A stretch of DNA of 64,000 bases from an uncultured delta proteobacterium (GTDB lineage: Bacteria; Desulfobacterota; Binatia; Binatales; Binataceae): positions 320,001-384,000 of the forward strand of contig CAWCDG010000003.1 of NCBI GenBank assembly GCA_963794325.1, given 5' to 3'. Every line of letters begins with the position of its first letter. Positions within the stretch are counted from its first letter, which is position 1. Shown one piece after another: positions 31,064 through 41,378 of the stretch. The notes under the pieces were generated by a model, which searched no databases, had not been told where the DNA came from, and worked only from the letters and a program-made list of their open reading frames with translations. The position numbers and the translations under genes are program-made.

Positions 31064-32689
31064 GTGCAGACTGAAGGCGCAAGCCGCTCCGTTTCGAGGA
31101 AGATCACTCGCCGTACTCTCATCGGGGCAGCGGCAGGAGCGTGTGCGTACGCCGCGCTATCGCCGCTGGTGGCGACGGCCGGGCGGCTCTCCTTCGTCGC
31201 TCATCTTCCGACCACCGATGCAGCTGGAATTAGCTGGCCGCCGAATCAAGCGTTGCCATCGTTTGCTTCGCCTGTTCAGCTTGACGCCGCCGACATCGCG
31301 TCCCTCACAAGCGACCAACAACTGCTGCTGACCACTCTGCAGGGAATCGTCAATCGCACCCAGCCGCGGATCTACCTGTTTCAGAGCGGCGACGGCACCG
31401 ACCAGACCTGGCTGCAGACCACTAACGTTTCAAACACCGCGATTGCCGATCCGCTCAGCCTGATCGACAAATACGGTGGCGAGACGGCCGGTGCCGTCAT
31501 CTACGATCCCATCCTTCCCGATACTGCCAACGTTGCCACCAGCCTGGCCGGTGTGATGGGCGGCGTGATTGCGACTGCGGATCTGGCGAGCCAGTACAGT
31601 CTGCCCATCCTTGCCGATTTGCGCGGTCAATTCGCGACCAAGCTGGACGCCTACAACTGGCTTATCGACAATTATTGGACCCAGCTCACGCCGCGCCTGC
31701 TGACCGCCATCAGTCCTACAACTCCCAACCTGCGCGATTACATCGTCGCGACGAAATCGCTGGTATTCTGGCTCGATCCGGAAATCCCCGATGAAGCTGC
31801 CCTGTTTACGCAGATACTGCAGAAGGTCGCGCCAAATACGCCTTACATGGGATGGTTCGTGAGAGGACATGAGTCCTCCGGTGTAACGCTATGCTCGCAA
31901 AACGGGGTGGTCGTCGGCGCTGCCGACTTCCTCGATAATGCCACGGTGCTCGGTGGTGTGCCCGCACCAATCAGTCAATCGCAGCCGCAGATCACGACGC
32001 CCAAGCTCGAGAATAAAATCTACCTCACCTTCACTTTCAGCGACGGCGACAATCTGCAGTACGATCAGCATCGGCTCCGAACCATCTGGGACGATCCGAA
32101 TCGCGGCAAGGTGCCGCTCAACTGGACTATCAGCCCACTTCTGATCGATGCTGCGCCGATCATGCTCCACTACTACCAAAGCACACAGACACCAAACGAT
32201 CTTATCGTCGCTGGGCCGTCGGGGGCAGGGTACACCTATCCCGGCGACTGGCCTTCCGCCGCTCTCGCAACCTTCACCAAGCGGACTGGCCAGTACATGA
32301 CGCGCGCCGGACTGAAAGTGATCGACGCTCTGAACCTCACTGCGACGGGCTCGAACTCCAATTTGACGAAAACGGTTGCGCGAGAGTATGCGCGTTACGC
32401 GCACCCTCTCGGGCTACTCTGTAACTGGCGGTTTGATTCCAGTTCCCTGCAAAGACCGGCGGGCCTTCCGGTGATAAGTCAGGCCATCATCAGCTCGGTC
32501 GCGGAAGGACGGATTGCCACTGCATCGATAAGAGACTCGTGGACCAGCCATCACCCGCTCTTCGCAGCCATCCTCGTGGACGCGTGGAACATGACCCCGA
32601 CCGACGTCAATACGCTGGCAGCATCGCTAGGAAAGCCGTTCGAAATCGTTCGCGGCGACGTCTTCTTCGACCTGATACGCAAGCATTAG
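31064..32689 (+). CDS. GxGYxYP-family putative glycoside hydrolase, Tat-exported
   Basis: TRRTLI twin-Arg signal; TLQGIVNR, SDGDNLQY, GPSGAGYTYP. Start uncertain. Confidence 0.85.
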   Translation: MQTEGASRSVSRKITRRTLIGAAAGACAYAALSPLVATAGRLSFVAHLPTTDAAGISWPPNQALPSFASPVQLDAADIASLTSDQQLLLTTLQGIVNRTQPRIYLFQSGDGTDQTWLQTTNVSNTAIADPLSLIDKYGGETAGAVIYDPILPDTANVATSLAGVMGGVIATADLASQYSLPILADLRGQFATKLDAYNWLIDNYWTQLTPRLLTAISPTTPNLRDYIVATKSLVFWLDPEIPDEAALFTQILQKVAPNTPYMGWFVRGHESSGVTLCSQNGVVVGAADFLDNATVLGGVPAPISQSQPQITTPKLENKIYLTFTFSDGDNLQYDQHRLRTIWDDPNRGKVPLNWTISPLLIDAAPIMLHYYQSTQTPNDLIVAGPSGAGYTYPGDWPSAALATFTKRTGQYMTRAGLKVIDALNLTATGSNSNLTKTVAREYARYAHPLGLLCNWRFDSSSLQRPAGLPVISQAIISSVAEGRIATASIRDSWTSHHPLFAAILVDAWNMTPTDVNTLAASLGKPFEIVRGDVFFDLIRKH

Positions 32690-32799
32690 GGTGTTCGCCC
32701 CGTGAACGTTACCCCCTCGTTTTTCGGCCACATGAGTCCACCGCCGATCACCAACCGCGCATCTTCGGCTGATAAGGACGGAGTTGAGGAGTCAATACA

Positions 32800-33945
32800 A
32801 TGAATGAAGTTGATCGCGAAATCGTCGCCGCCGTCCGCCGCTTCGTCGATCGCGACGTCATCCCAAACGCCTCCGCCCTCGAACATCGCGACGAATACCC
32901 GCATGCGATGGTCGCCACGATGCGCGAGCTGGGCCTCTTCGGCGCCACCATCCCGGCCAAGTTCGGCGGCCTCGCCCTCAGCTTCCTGACCTACGCGCGC
33001 GTGATGGAAGAGCTCTCTCGCGGATGGATGAGTCTGGCCGGCGTCATTAACAGCCACCTGATCATGGCCTACGTTATTGCCAATCACGGCACCGACGCGC
33101 AGAAAACATATTTCCTGCCCGCGATGGCGCGCGGCGAAAAACGCGGCGGCCTCGCGCTGACCGAGCCGCATGCCGGCAGCGACGTACAATCGATTCGCAC
33201 CACCGCGACTCGCCGCGGCGACGACTATATTCTCACCGGCTCCAAGATGTTCATCACCAACGCGCGCCACGGCACGATGCTCGCGGTCGCCGCCAAAACC
33301 GACCCTCACGCCGATCCCGCCTACGCCGGCATCAGCATGTTCGCCGTCGAGAAAAGCGATCGCGGTCCCACCGTCAGCCGCAATCTCGACAAGCTGGGTT
33401 ACAAGGGTATCGACACCTGCGAAGTCCTGTTCGAAGACGTCCCGGTCCCCGCCGCAAATCTGATCGGCGGGGATGAAGGCGCGGGCTTCAAACAGGTGAT
33501 GAGCGCGCTGGAAGTCGGACGCATCAACGTAGCCGCGCGCGCAGTGGGAGTAGGGCAGGCCGCGTTCGAAACCGCAATCCGCTACGCGCAACAGCGCACC
33601 GCCTTCGGCAAACCCATCTGCCAGCATCAAGCCGTCCAGCTGCTGCTCGCCGATATGGCGACGCGAGTCGAAGCCGCGCGCCTGCTGGTCGCCAACGCCG
33701 CCCGCAAGAAAGACGCAAACGAACGATGCGACGTGGAAGCCGGGATGGCCAAACTTTTCGCCTCGGAAGCCTGCGCGAAAATCTCTCTCGATGCGATGCG
33801 AGTGCTGGGCGGCTACGGCTTCATGGCCGACTTCCCGGTCGAGCGCTTCTACCGCGACGCCCCGCTGATGATGATCGGCGAAGGCACCAACGAAATTCAG
33901 GCCCTCGTAATCGCCCGCGGCCTCCTGGCTCGGTACGCAATCTAA
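32800..33945 (+). CDS. Acyl-CoA dehydrogenase
   Basis: ALTEPHAGSD, GSKMFITN, GRINVAARAVG, GGYGF...ERFYRDA...IGEGTNEIQ. Confidence 0.95.
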   Translation: MNEVDREIVAAVRRFVDRDVIPNASALEHRDEYPHAMVATMRELGLFGATIPAKFGGLALSFLTYARVMEELSRGWMSLAGVINSHLIMAYVIANHGTDAQKTYFLPAMARGEKRGGLALTEPHAGSDVQSIRTTATRRGDDYILTGSKMFITNARHGTMLAVAAKTDPHADPAYAGISMFAVEKSDRGPTVSRNLDKLGYKGIDTCEVLFEDVPVPAANLIGGDEGAGFKQVMSALEVGRINVAARAVGVGQAAFETAIRYAQQRTAFGKPICQHQAVQLLLADMATRVEAARLLVANAARKKDANERCDVEAGMAKLFASEACAKISLDAMRVLGGYGFMADFPVERFYRDAPLMMIGEGTNEIQALVIARGLLARYAI

Positions 33946-33953
33946 ACGCGATT

Positions 33954-34034
33954 GTTCCTCTTCCCTCGAGGGAAGAGGTTACTCCTCACAAATCCGGTTC
34001 CCCTTCCCTCGAGGGAAGGGGTTAGGGGTTAGGT
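33954..34034 (+). repeat. REP-like CCCTTCCC-N-GGGAAGGG(GTTAGG)n module, half copy plus full copy
   Basis: CCGGTTCCCCTTCCCTCGAGGGAAGGGGTTAGGGGTTAGG recurs at about 37520, 38959 and 47891. Confidence 0.8.
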
Positions 34035-34039
34035 TCTTC

Positions 34040-34771
34040 TCACTCGCCGCGCGCCAACTCATGCAACGCCCGCGCGCATTCCACCGGATGCGTAAACATC
34101 ACCTCGTGCCCGCTCTTCACGAACTTCAACGTCGGATTCTTCAACCTGCTCGAAAAATGCGGATGCCAATTGGGCGCACCCGCGACCGGCGTCTGATCGT
34201 CCTCGCACACGAGATAGCTGCTGGGAATGCCGGTAGCGAAGTAGGGCGCCATCGCCACCGGCGTCATCATCGGCGCGATCGGCTGAGGTCCCACCGCCGA
34301 CAGCACGTATTCCTTCAGCGCCGGCGCCATATCGTTGCTGAGCCCCTCAACAAATTCCTTCCCCATCATCTCGATCGGGATCGATCTCTCCGGCATCGAA
34401 TCCGCCCCCGCCGCGATCGGCGAGGTCGCCGGATCAATTATGGGCTGCCCATCGAGTGCCACCAGCGCCGTGACCCACACCACGCGCTTTATCCGCGACG
34501 GAATCTTTGCCGCGACGCCGGGAATCGTAAGTCCGCCGAGACTATGCCCCGCGAGCACGACGTTCTTCAGATCGTGCCGCTCAATAAATTCCGCGACACT
34601 ATCGACATAGCTCTGAAGGCTTACCTTGGATCGATCCGCCCGATTCATCCCATGCCCCGGCAGATCAACCGCATAAGCGCGATCGCCCAACTTCTCGAGC
34701 TGATTGATAACCGCAGCCCAGCACCATGCGCCATGCCAGGCGCCATGCACCAAAACAAAAGTCTCCGCCAT
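34040..34771 (-). CDS. Alpha/beta hydrolase (methylesterase-like)
   Basis: FVLVHGAWHGAWCW, DLPGHG, GHSLGG nucleophile elbow, SGHEVM. Confidence 0.9.
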   Translation of the reverse strand: MAETFVLVHGAWHGAWCWAAVINQLEKLGDRAYAVDLPGHGMNRADRSKVSLQSYVDSVAEFIERHDLKNVVLAGHSLGGLTIPGVAAKIPSRIKRVVWVTALVALDGQPIIDPATSPIAAGADSMPERSIPIEMMGKEFVEGLSNDMAPALKEYVLSAVGPQPIAPMMTPVAMAPYFATGIPSSYLVCEDDQTPVAGAPNWHPHFSSRLKNPTLKFVKSGHEVMFTHPVECARALHELARGE

Positions 34772-34813
34772 TTTCTTTCCCTCTGTTCTCCTAAGTGGGT
34801 CGCGGCAAAAAAA

Positions 34814-34946
34814 GATCCGGGATTCTTCGCTGGGCTCTGAATGAAACAAAGACTGAGCAGCCTGGCTTTGTGATGTGATCGCAGAACCCTCACCTACCGG
34901 CGGCTACGCCCGCCGGCCTCCTCTCCCGTAAAGTAACGGGCGAGGT
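34814..34946. repeat. Mosaic of REP-like palindromes
   Basis: CCGGGATTCTTC...CTGAATGAAACAAA module (also at 39060-39142), plus CCGGCGG-N-CCGCCGG and CCTCTCCCGT-N-ACGGGCGAGG hairpins. Confidence 0.65.
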
Positions 34947-34969
34947 AAATTCCCGCCCGCCTCCGCCCG

Positions 34970-35070
34970 ACCCTGAGAGCGAAAGGTTGTCCTCAACATT
35001 TCGCGATTCTCAGTGGGTGCAGGGGTCACCCCTGCCGCGGAAGCGTGAAACCCGCGAAGGGTTTCACATT
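34970..35070 (-). repeat. Tri-hairpin intergenic repeat, copy B
   Basis: GCGAAA-G-GTTG-TCCT-CAAC-A-TTTCGC followed by GGGTGCAGGGGTCACCCCTGCCGCGGAAGCGTGAAACCCGCGAAGGGTTTCACATT. Confidence 0.85.
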
Positions 35071-35093
35071 TAATCAAGTGATTTCCCCTTCCC

Positions 35094-36308
35094 CTAACTC
35101 GCGACCGGCGTAACTTCCTGACCCTCTTTCAACGTCGCCGCCGGCACTACGATCACCATCTCGCCGCCGCTCAGTCCCTGCTTGACCTCGATGCCGTCCT
35201 GAAACTCGCGCCCAACCGTGATGGGCACCAGATGCACCGTATCGTCGCGCACGACCCACACCGAGTTGGCGCTACCGTCCGCGACGATCGCCTTCTTCGG
35301 CACCAGCACCATCGGCGCCGCCGCGGTCTGCGTCACGATCGATTGGAACGTCACCTTGGCGCTCATTTCCGGCTTGATAATTTTGAGGTCCGGCTGCAGG
35401 ATTTTGACCTCGACTTTCACCGTGCCTTTCTGCCGGTCGGCCTCCGGATAAATCTTCACCACCTGCGCCGTGAACGGATTGTCCGGATACGCATCCGGGA
35501 TCACCGTCGCCGGCGTGCCCATCTTGACCTTGGCGATATCGCTTTCATTGATATCGACTTCGCAACGCAAATCGCTCAGGTCCGCGAGCTGCGCGATATC
35601 GGTCGCGCCGCCGCCGCCCGGACTCTGGCCGAAGGCTGTAATCGTGTCGCCGAGTTCGCGATATTTCTGCAGCACCACGCCATTGATTGGCGACGTGATC
35701 ATCGTCTGGCTCACGTTGAACTTCGCGAAATCGATCGCGCCTTTGGCCTTGTTGAGCTCGGCTTCCGCTACCGATAGCTGATTCTCCGCGTCATCGAGCG
35801 CGTCCTTCGATTGCACTCCATCCTTATAGAGCGCGCGGAGCCGTTCCGCCCGCGCCTTTTTCAGCACGACATTCGCAGCGGCCAAATCGCGATCCGCGTA
35901 GGCCTGCCGCAACTGGGCCTGGTAATCGCGATCGTCGATCCGCGCGAGCAGGTCGCCGACTTTGACCTGCTGCCCTTCTTCGATCGGCTCGGCGAGTATC
36001 TGCCCGAGAATCTTGGTGCCGATCACGATGTACTTATGCCGCGTGATTATATACCCGCTGCCGGTCAGCACCGTGCCCGCCTGTCCCGCCTGCTTGACGC
36101 TGACGATCGCAGTCTGCACCTCGGGCGGACGGCCGAGCGTCTTTTGATAAACGACATATCCCGCCGCACCGACGACGCCGAGAATCGCGAGCGTGATCAC
36201 AACCGGCACTATCCGGCTCGGCTTTTTCGGATTCGCCGCGCGCGCAATCCGGAGCGACTCGAGCTCGCGGATATTCGGCCCCTTTGGTTGCTCGGTGGAC
36301 AAGGTCAC
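35094..36308 (-). CDS. Efflux periplasmic adaptor subunit (MacA/HlyD-like)
   Basis: N-terminal TM, EEGQQVKVGDLLARID lipoyl half, ITSPINGVV, EVDINESDI. Confidence 0.9.
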   Translation of the reverse strand: MTLSTEQPKGPNIRELESLRIARAANPKKPSRIVPVVITLAILGVVGAAGYVVYQKTLGRPPEVQTAIVSVKQAGQAGTVLTGSGYIITRHKYIVIGTKILGQILAEPIEEGQQVKVGDLLARIDDRDYQAQLRQAYADRDLAAANVVLKKARAERLRALYKDGVQSKDALDDAENQLSVAEAELNKAKGAIDFAKFNVSQTMITSPINGVVLQKYRELGDTITAFGQSPGGGGATDIAQLADLSDLRCEVDINESDIAKVKMGTPATVIPDAYPDNPFTAQVVKIYPEADRQKGTVKVEVKILQPDLKIIKPEMSAKVTFQSIVTQTAAAPMVLVPKKAIVADGSANSVWVVRDDTVHLVPITVGREFQDGIEVKQGLSGGEMVIVVPAATLKEGQEVTPVAS

Positions 36309-37468
36309 ACGCTCCTGAGCGCATCTACTACCGGCATTTTCATCGCTTGCCGCGCCGGTAGCCAGCCCCCGACCATACCCATTACGGCGGCAAAAATCAG
36401 CGCCTCGATCACGATCGCGAACGTCACGTGGAAGCTGAATGCCAGCGTCGAGAACGTCACGAAATTTCCGAAGGTCGTCGACAACCCGTTGATCGGCATC
36501 GCAAGCAGGATTCCAATCACGCCCGCCGCCACCGCCAGCACCAGCGACTCGAGCAGAAACGACGTCATCACCGCGATCGGCGCAAAACCCAGCGCGCGCA
36601 ACGTCCCGATTTCAGTGGTCCGCGACGACACCGCCGCGTACATCGTGTTCATCGCGCCGAATATCGCGCCCACCGCCATTATCACCGCGACGATCATCCC
36701 GAGCACCCGCATCTGATTGGCGACTACCGCCTGATCCTTGTAGTAGTCGGCCTCGGTCTCCGCCTGCAGATTGATTCGCGGATCGTCGGCCAGCCTGCGA
36801 ATCAGCGCAGCGGCGTCCGCGCCCGGCATAAGTTTCAATCGCACATCTGCGTAATAGGCGCCGCGCTGCGCATCGTCCTGCACGTTATGAATATCGCCCC
36901 ACACCTCCGACTCGAACGATCCGCCCTGTGCCGCCATTATCCCGACGACTTTCCAATTTCCCCGTCCGAACCGCAGCGTCGATCCGATCTGCATATTCGC
37001 GTAATGCCCCTGCAGACCTTTCCCGACCACAACTTCATTGACCGACGGATTGAACATCCGTCCTTCGATAATCTTAACCTTGGGATGCACCTTCAGCGCG
37101 ATTGGCAGCACTCCGCGCACAACTATATTGTCGCGCCCGCCGCCGACCCGTTCCATCAACGCCTGCACCGGCAGCTCCGGCGATGCGTCCACGGTGCCAT
37201 CAGGCTCGCGCCGAATCTGCGGCAAGAACTTCATCGCATCAAACTGATCGAGCTGAATCGCCGAGTAGGTCTCGGTAGTGGCCCCCTTGCGCAACACGAT
37301 CACATTATCCGGATCTCCGGTATCCGAAATCGCCGAATTCAACCCCGCCACCAGCGCCATAACAATCACAAACACACAGACAACCAGCGCAATCCCACCG
37401 CCGGTCATAGCAGTAGAAACCCGCCGCACCAGCAGCGACCTGATATTATATTTCAGCGGTATCGCCAT
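36305..37468 (-). CDS. ABC transporter permease (MacB/FtsX family)
   Basis: NTMYAAVSSRTTEIGTLRALGF, WLPARQA. Confidence 0.9.
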   Translation of the reverse strand: MAIPLKYNIRSLLVRRVSTAMTGGGIALVVCVFVIVMALVAGLNSAISDTGDPDNVIVLRKGATTETYSAIQLDQFDAMKFLPQIRREPDGTVDASPELPVQALMERVGGGRDNIVVRGVLPIALKVHPKVKIIEGRMFNPSVNEVVVGKGLQGHYANMQIGSTLRFGRGNWKVVGIMAAQGGSFESEVWGDIHNVQDDAQRGAYYADVRLKLMPGADAAALIRRLADDPRINLQAETEADYYKDQAVVANQMRVLGMIVAVIMAVGAIFGAMNTMYAAVSSRTTEIGTLRALGFAPIAVMTSFLLESLVLAVAAGVIGILLAMPINGLSTTFGNFVTFSTLAFSFHVTFAIVIEALIFAAVMGMVGGWLPARQAMKMPVVDALRSV

Positions 37469-37481
37469 CTAATTCCTATGC

Positions 37482-37779
37482 CCGATCCCCTTCCCGCGAG
37501 GGAAGGGGTCTCCAACAATCCGGTTCCCCTTCCCACTAAGGGAAGGGGTTAGGGGTTAGGTTCCTAAGCATCATTCGCAATCCCAACCGCATCGCATCTT
37601 TCGTTCCTAACCTCTCCTTGTCCGAGGAGAGGTCGGCGAAAGCCGCGTAGCGGTGTCGCCGGGTGAGGTGCAACGCCAGACATTTCAGTCGATCCATACT
37701 CGATTCCGAAAGCCAGAAAGTGGCGCCGCCCCCGAGCACTGCACCTCTCTCTAACCCTCTCCTTGGACAAGGAGAGGGC
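37482..37779. repeat. Mosaic of REP-like palindromes inside the ABC operon
   Basis: Two CCCTTCCC-N-GGGAAGGGG modules (one with GTTAGGGGTTAGG), and ACCTCTCCTTGTCCGAGGAGAGGT and CCCTCTCCTTGGACAAGGAGAGGG hairpins. Confidence 0.8.
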
Positions 37780-37798
37780 ACTGGACAAAGGTTTCTCC

Positions 37799-38938
37799 TC
37801 ACGCAACCGTCCTCAATGCATCCACAATATTCCGCCGCGCCGCCGAGCTCGCCGGCACCATCGCACTCAACAGTCCTATCAACGCCGCAACAATCAGGGT
37901 TTCAGCCAGGATCGCCGGCGGCATCCGGATCGTTCCCAGCGGTCCGCCCACGTTGCCGACTGAAAATATCTTCAGCAGCACATAAGCCGATCCACACCCT
38001 ATAACCCCTCCGATAAGTCCTATGATCAAAGACTCGGCCAGCAGCAGAGACAAGATGGTGCGCGACGGAAATCCCATCGATCGCATCACCGCTATCTCGC
38101 CGCGCCGCTCGCGTATCGACATAGCCGCCGTATTCGCCGCGACCAGTCCTATCGTCAGCACCACGATAAATCCCAACAGCTCAGCCATCCTGAAAAACGT
38201 GCGGTACTGATCGAGGAAGCCGCCGATAAAGGCCGCCTCCGATTCCGACAAGGTCTCCGCCGACGAGTTGGCAAAGCCTTCATCGATAGTCGCAATCACC
38301 TGCGGCACGTTCTCCGGCTTATCCACCTTTATCCACATGTTATCGACGACACCGGGCCGGCCGGCAGCTTCTTCCAGGTAGTCTCTCCTGAACAACAGGA
38401 AATTCGGCGGCGCCTTGCCGCCAATCGTGCCTACGATTTGCAGCGTCACGTTGAACGGATAGAGCGTACCGCGCAGCTGTATCTGCTGCCCCAGATGCAG
38501 ATGAAAGCGCTTCATCGTCTCTGTGCCGACCAGCGCCGCGGTGCGAATCTTCTTGAACTGTTGGAACTGCTCCGGACTGATCCCCCAGTCGGGCCACATC
38601 TTATCGACATTCTCGGGATCAGCCGCCAGATTCGGAAACTGATCCGACACCTCATGGTACACGCCGCCAAACCAGCTCTCCGGCACCACTACCTCGACAT
38701 GCGGCAACGTAGCGACCCGCTGCTTGTAGGCAATCGGAATCGAGTAGGCCAGACCGGCCTTGTTATGCATCGCAATTCTGGTCGAGGAAGCCGTATTCCC
38801 GAGGATCTGATCGGCGACCGTGGGCACGCTAACCAGCGCCGAAAAAATAAACAGCGAAACCGCAATCGACAGCACAGTCAAAAACGTCCGCCGCTTACTC
38901 CGAACCAGATTCTTAAAAACGAGTGCCGTATACTTCAT
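37799..38938 (-). CDS. ABC transporter permease (MacB/FtsX family)
   Basis: NLVRSKRRTFLT, NTAAMSIRERRGEIAVMRSMGF. Confidence 0.9.
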   Translation of the reverse strand: MKYTALVFKNLVRSKRRTFLTVLSIAVSLFIFSALVSVPTVADQILGNTASSTRIAMHNKAGLAYSIPIAYKQRVATLPHVEVVVPESWFGGVYHEVSDQFPNLAADPENVDKMWPDWGISPEQFQQFKKIRTAALVGTETMKRFHLHLGQQIQLRGTLYPFNVTLQIVGTIGGKAPPNFLLFRRDYLEEAAGRPGVVDNMWIKVDKPENVPQVIATIDEGFANSSAETLSESEAAFIGGFLDQYRTFFRMAELLGFIVVLTIGLVAANTAAMSIRERRGEIAVMRSMGFPSRTILSLLLAESLIIGLIGGVIGCGSAYVLLKIFSVGNVGGPLGTIRMPPAILAETLIVAALIGLLSAMVPASSAARRNIVDALRTVA

Positions 38939-38956
38939 AAGACTAACCCTCGATAC

Positions 38957-39142
38957 ATCCGGTCCCCCTTCCCGCTCGGGAAGGGGGTAGGGGTTAGGTT
39001 GCCAATCATCCTTCACCACCAGCATCGCTCACGCGCATCAGGGCGAGGCAAAGAAGGAGCCGGGATTCTTCCCCTTCGGCTGCGCTCAGGGCTTCGGCAG
39101 GTGGAAGCGGAATTATCCAGAAGCGACCTGAATGAAACAAAA
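38957..39142. repeat. REP-like modules inside the ABC operon
   Basis: CCGGTCCCCCTTCCCGCTCGGGAAGGGGGTAGGGGTTAGG and the CCGGGATTCTTC...CTGAATGAAACAAA module. Confidence 0.75.
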
Positions 39143-39144
39143 AC

Positions 39145-39218
39145 AAACCCCGAGAGCGAAAGGTCGTCCTCGACATTTCGCGATTTCCTATCACCGGGTG
39201 CAGGGGTCACCCCTGCCG
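39145..39218 (-). repeat. Tri-hairpin repeat, copy C (lacks the GTGAAACCC hairpin)
   Basis: GCGAAA-G-GTCG-TCCT-CGAC-A-TTTCGC and GGGTGCAGGGGTCACCCCTGCCG. Confidence 0.8.
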
Positions 39219-39243
39219 CCCGCCGCGCAGGCGATTACCTTCC

Positions 39244-39969
39244 TCACGCATGCGCCGCCTCGGCCGGCGCTCCTCGCTTCCCCGGTTCAACCCCGGCCAA
39301 CACTCCCTTATCCAGCCGATAAACCGTATCCACATACCGCTCAGCCCGCGGGTCGTGCGTGACCATCACGATCGTCTTCGAAAACTGCCGATTCATATCC
39401 ACCAGCAATCCCAAAATTTCCTCAGCCGACTTCGCATCGAGATCTCCGGTCGGCTCGTCAGCAACAATAATCGTCGGGTCCGCCACAATCGCGCGCGCAA
39501 TCGCAACCCGCTGCTCCTGCCCGCCCGACAGCTGCCGTGGATAATGGTCCATCCGATCCGCGAGTCCGACGACCTTCAGCGCGGTCTCGACATGCTCCCG
39601 CCGCTCGGCCTTGTTCAGACTGGTCAGCAGCAGCGGCAACTCGACATTCTCAAACGCGGTCAGCACCGGAATAAGATTGTAGAACTGGAATACCAACCCG
39701 ATATGCCGCGCGCGCCAGCCGGCCAGGTCGCGCTCCTTCATCCCGGTAATTTCCTCACCGCCGACCGCCACTCGCCCGGTGCTCGCGTGATCGATTCCCG
39801 CGATCAGGTTCAGCATAGTGGTCTTACCCGACCCCGACGGCCCCATAATCGCGACGAAGCGCCCGACCGGAATCTGCACCGTCACATCGTCGAGCGCGCG
39901 CACTTCGAATTCGTCGCGCTTATAGATTCGGGTCACGTGTTCGAGATCGATTGCGTACTTTTCGTCCAT
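39244..39969 (-). CDS. ABC transporter ATP-binding protein (LolD/MacB type)
   Basis: [32 protein letters not shown]. Confidence 0.95.
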   Translation of the reverse strand: MDEKYAIDLEHVTRIYKRDEFEVRALDDVTVQIPVGRFVAIMGPSGSGKTTMLNLIAGIDHASTGRVAVGGEEITGMKERDLAGWRARHIGLVFQFYNLIPVLTAFENVELPLLLTSLNKAERREHVETALKVVGLADRMDHYPRQLSGGQEQRVAIARAIVADPTIIVADEPTGDLDAKSAEEILGLLVDMNRQFSKTIVMVTHDPRAERYVDTVYRLDKGVLAGVEPGKRGAPAEAAHA

Positions 39970-39997
39970 GACGATCCTTCCCTTTAACCCGTACCCT

Positions 39998-40576
39998 TCA
40001 CTTCCCCAGAGCGGCGATGTGGGTTGTTTTCAGCCGCGATATACGGCGTCGCTTAATTTGTATCTCACGCTTCAATTGCGAAGCTAAGCTCGCCAGCACC
40101 CGCGCCTTGGCCTCGGTAATCGCACGCCCGAGCTCGACCATCGTGATGCGTACCGGGCTCGCACCCGCCCGCCGCATCCCGGCGACCATCTCGCCCAGGA
40201 TAGAGGTGCGCTGTTCGTCGTCGCGTCGCGCTCGCTCCATATGCTCGAGCGCAATTTCGGGCTGCTGGTCCGCGAAATAAATCTTTACCTGCGTCTCGTC
40301 GAATACGAACAGCGGCTGCGCCGGCTCGCGCAGCATCTTGATAAAATACGCCCGGCCGCGCGGCGTGATCGCATAAATCTTCCGCGCCCGCCGTCCGCGC
40401 CGTTCCGTCCGCAACTTGACCAGCCCGTCGCCCGCCAGTTTCTTCAGCGCCGGGTATATCGATCCGTCGCTGACCCGGTAGAAAAACCCGACCGGGTCCT
40501 GAAACCGCTGCTTCAGGTCGTAGCCAGTCGCCTCCGACTCCATCAGAAACCCGAGGATCGGAAATTTGACATCCAT
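39998..40576 (-). CDS. PadR family transcriptional regulator
   Basis: ILGFL...TGYDLK...[10 protein letters not shown]...YAITPRG. Start could lie further upstream. Confidence 0.88.
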   Translation of the reverse strand: MDVKFPILGFLMESEATGYDLKQRFQDPVGFFYRVSDGSIYPALKKLAGDGLVKLRTERRGRRARKIYAITPRGRAYFIKMLREPAQPLFVFDETQVKIYFADQQPEIALEHMERARRDDEQRTSILGEMVAGMRRAGASPVRITMVELGRAITEAKARVLASLASQLKREIQIKRRRISRLKTTHIAALGK

Positions 40577-40703
40577 CCGCGGCGGCGTCTTGTTGTATTC
40601 CAAAAACGCCGACTTCGCCGGAAAGAGCTGAGCGCCGGGACGTTCGCGACGCAGTCCGTTCACGCTCGAGATTGACGACACCTGATGCATACCCATCAAG
40701 CCA

Positions 40704-40729
40704 ATAGCTCGACTTGAGCTATGAGTCAA
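40704..40729 (-). promoter_or_regulatory. Inverted-repeat operator next to a -35 hexamer upstream of the padR-ABC operon
   Basis: ATAGCTC-GACTT-GAGCTAT (40704-40722) just downstream of TTGACT on the minus strand (40729-40724). Confidence 0.55.
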
Positions 40730-40744
40730 CGAGCGTGGAAGAGA

Positions 40745-41275
40745 TCACGATGCAGCAATCCAGCTGCGCATGCTACGAAAGACGCGCCCGAGATTGCTCG
40801 AACCCGAAAGCGGCGCGGTTCGCGCACCCGCCGCAACCAGCTCGCGCATCCGCGCCGGTTCCGGCTCCGTGCCGAACACCACATCCCAGATAGGCGTGGT
40901 CACGCCGAAAATCGCGTCCGGCTCGCGCAAATGATGCGCCAGATGCCGCGCGCGCAGCCGCTCCTCAACCGCGCACGACGGCGTCGCGAAATGAATCCGG
41001 TAGTGCACGTACTCATACACACCGAATCCCGCGACGATACCGAACAAAAAGATCATCCCCGGCGCCGTCCCGAAGATGGCGGCCAATACGATCAACACGA
41101 CAGCGCTGGGAATCCACGCCCGTATCGCAAACACCGCGCGTGGGTCGACATGATGCTCATTATGCAGCGGCGTCACAAACGTCCGATGCGAATGCCCAAG
41201 CACCCCGTGAATGATGTATTCAAGGAGCGTCCACGCAAACACTCCCCCGACAAAAATCAGCGCACCAGCAATCAC
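40745..41275 (-). CDS. Fatty acid hydroxylase / sterol desaturase superfamily protein
   Basis: His boxes EYIIHGVLGH, HNEHH, YEYVHYRIH, HLAHH; FGVTTPIWDVVFGT. Confidence 0.88.
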   Translation of the reverse strand: MIAGALIFVGGVFAWTLLEYIIHGVLGHSHRTFVTPLHNEHHVDPRAVFAIRAWIPSAVVLIVLAAIFGTAPGMIFLFGIVAGFGVYEYVHYRIHFATPSCAVEERLRARHLAHHLREPDAIFGVTTPIWDVVFGTEPEPARMRELVAAGARTAPLSGSSNLGRVFRSMRSWIAAS

Positions 41276-41378
41276 CGCATGATCTTAGAACGCCTCCACC
41301 CCCTTATCAACGCAGTCCCCCGATTGCATGCATCGCGAAGTCGATGGCGGGCACGGCGGCCCGCCCCCACTGGAGTTC

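Noticed and set aside
34971-34990. CTGAGAGCGAAA resembles a hammerhead ribozyme core
   Set aside because: It does not fit CUGANGA spacing, the other copies lack CUGA, and the GAAA is paired in the covarying stem.
38319-38348. Perfect DnaA box TTATCCACA (38329-38337) with near-matches, close to the skew switch
   Set aside because: It lies inside the permease CDS and arises from V-D-N-M-W-I-K-V-D-K codons. No dnaA/dnaN/parAB genes, intergenic box cluster or unwinding element is visible, so oriC is not supported, though not fully excluded.
33954-39218. Repeated palindromes as a possible CRISPR array
   Set aside because: Copies are dispersed between genes with no regular repeat-spacer period, and no cas genes are present.
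37536-39362. Short ORFs across the repeat spacers (37536-37802, 39006-39194, 39132-39362; also 24878-25133)
   Set aside because: They are translations of REP-like palindromes, as are the N-terminal extensions of ORFs 34040-34849 and 37799-39025.
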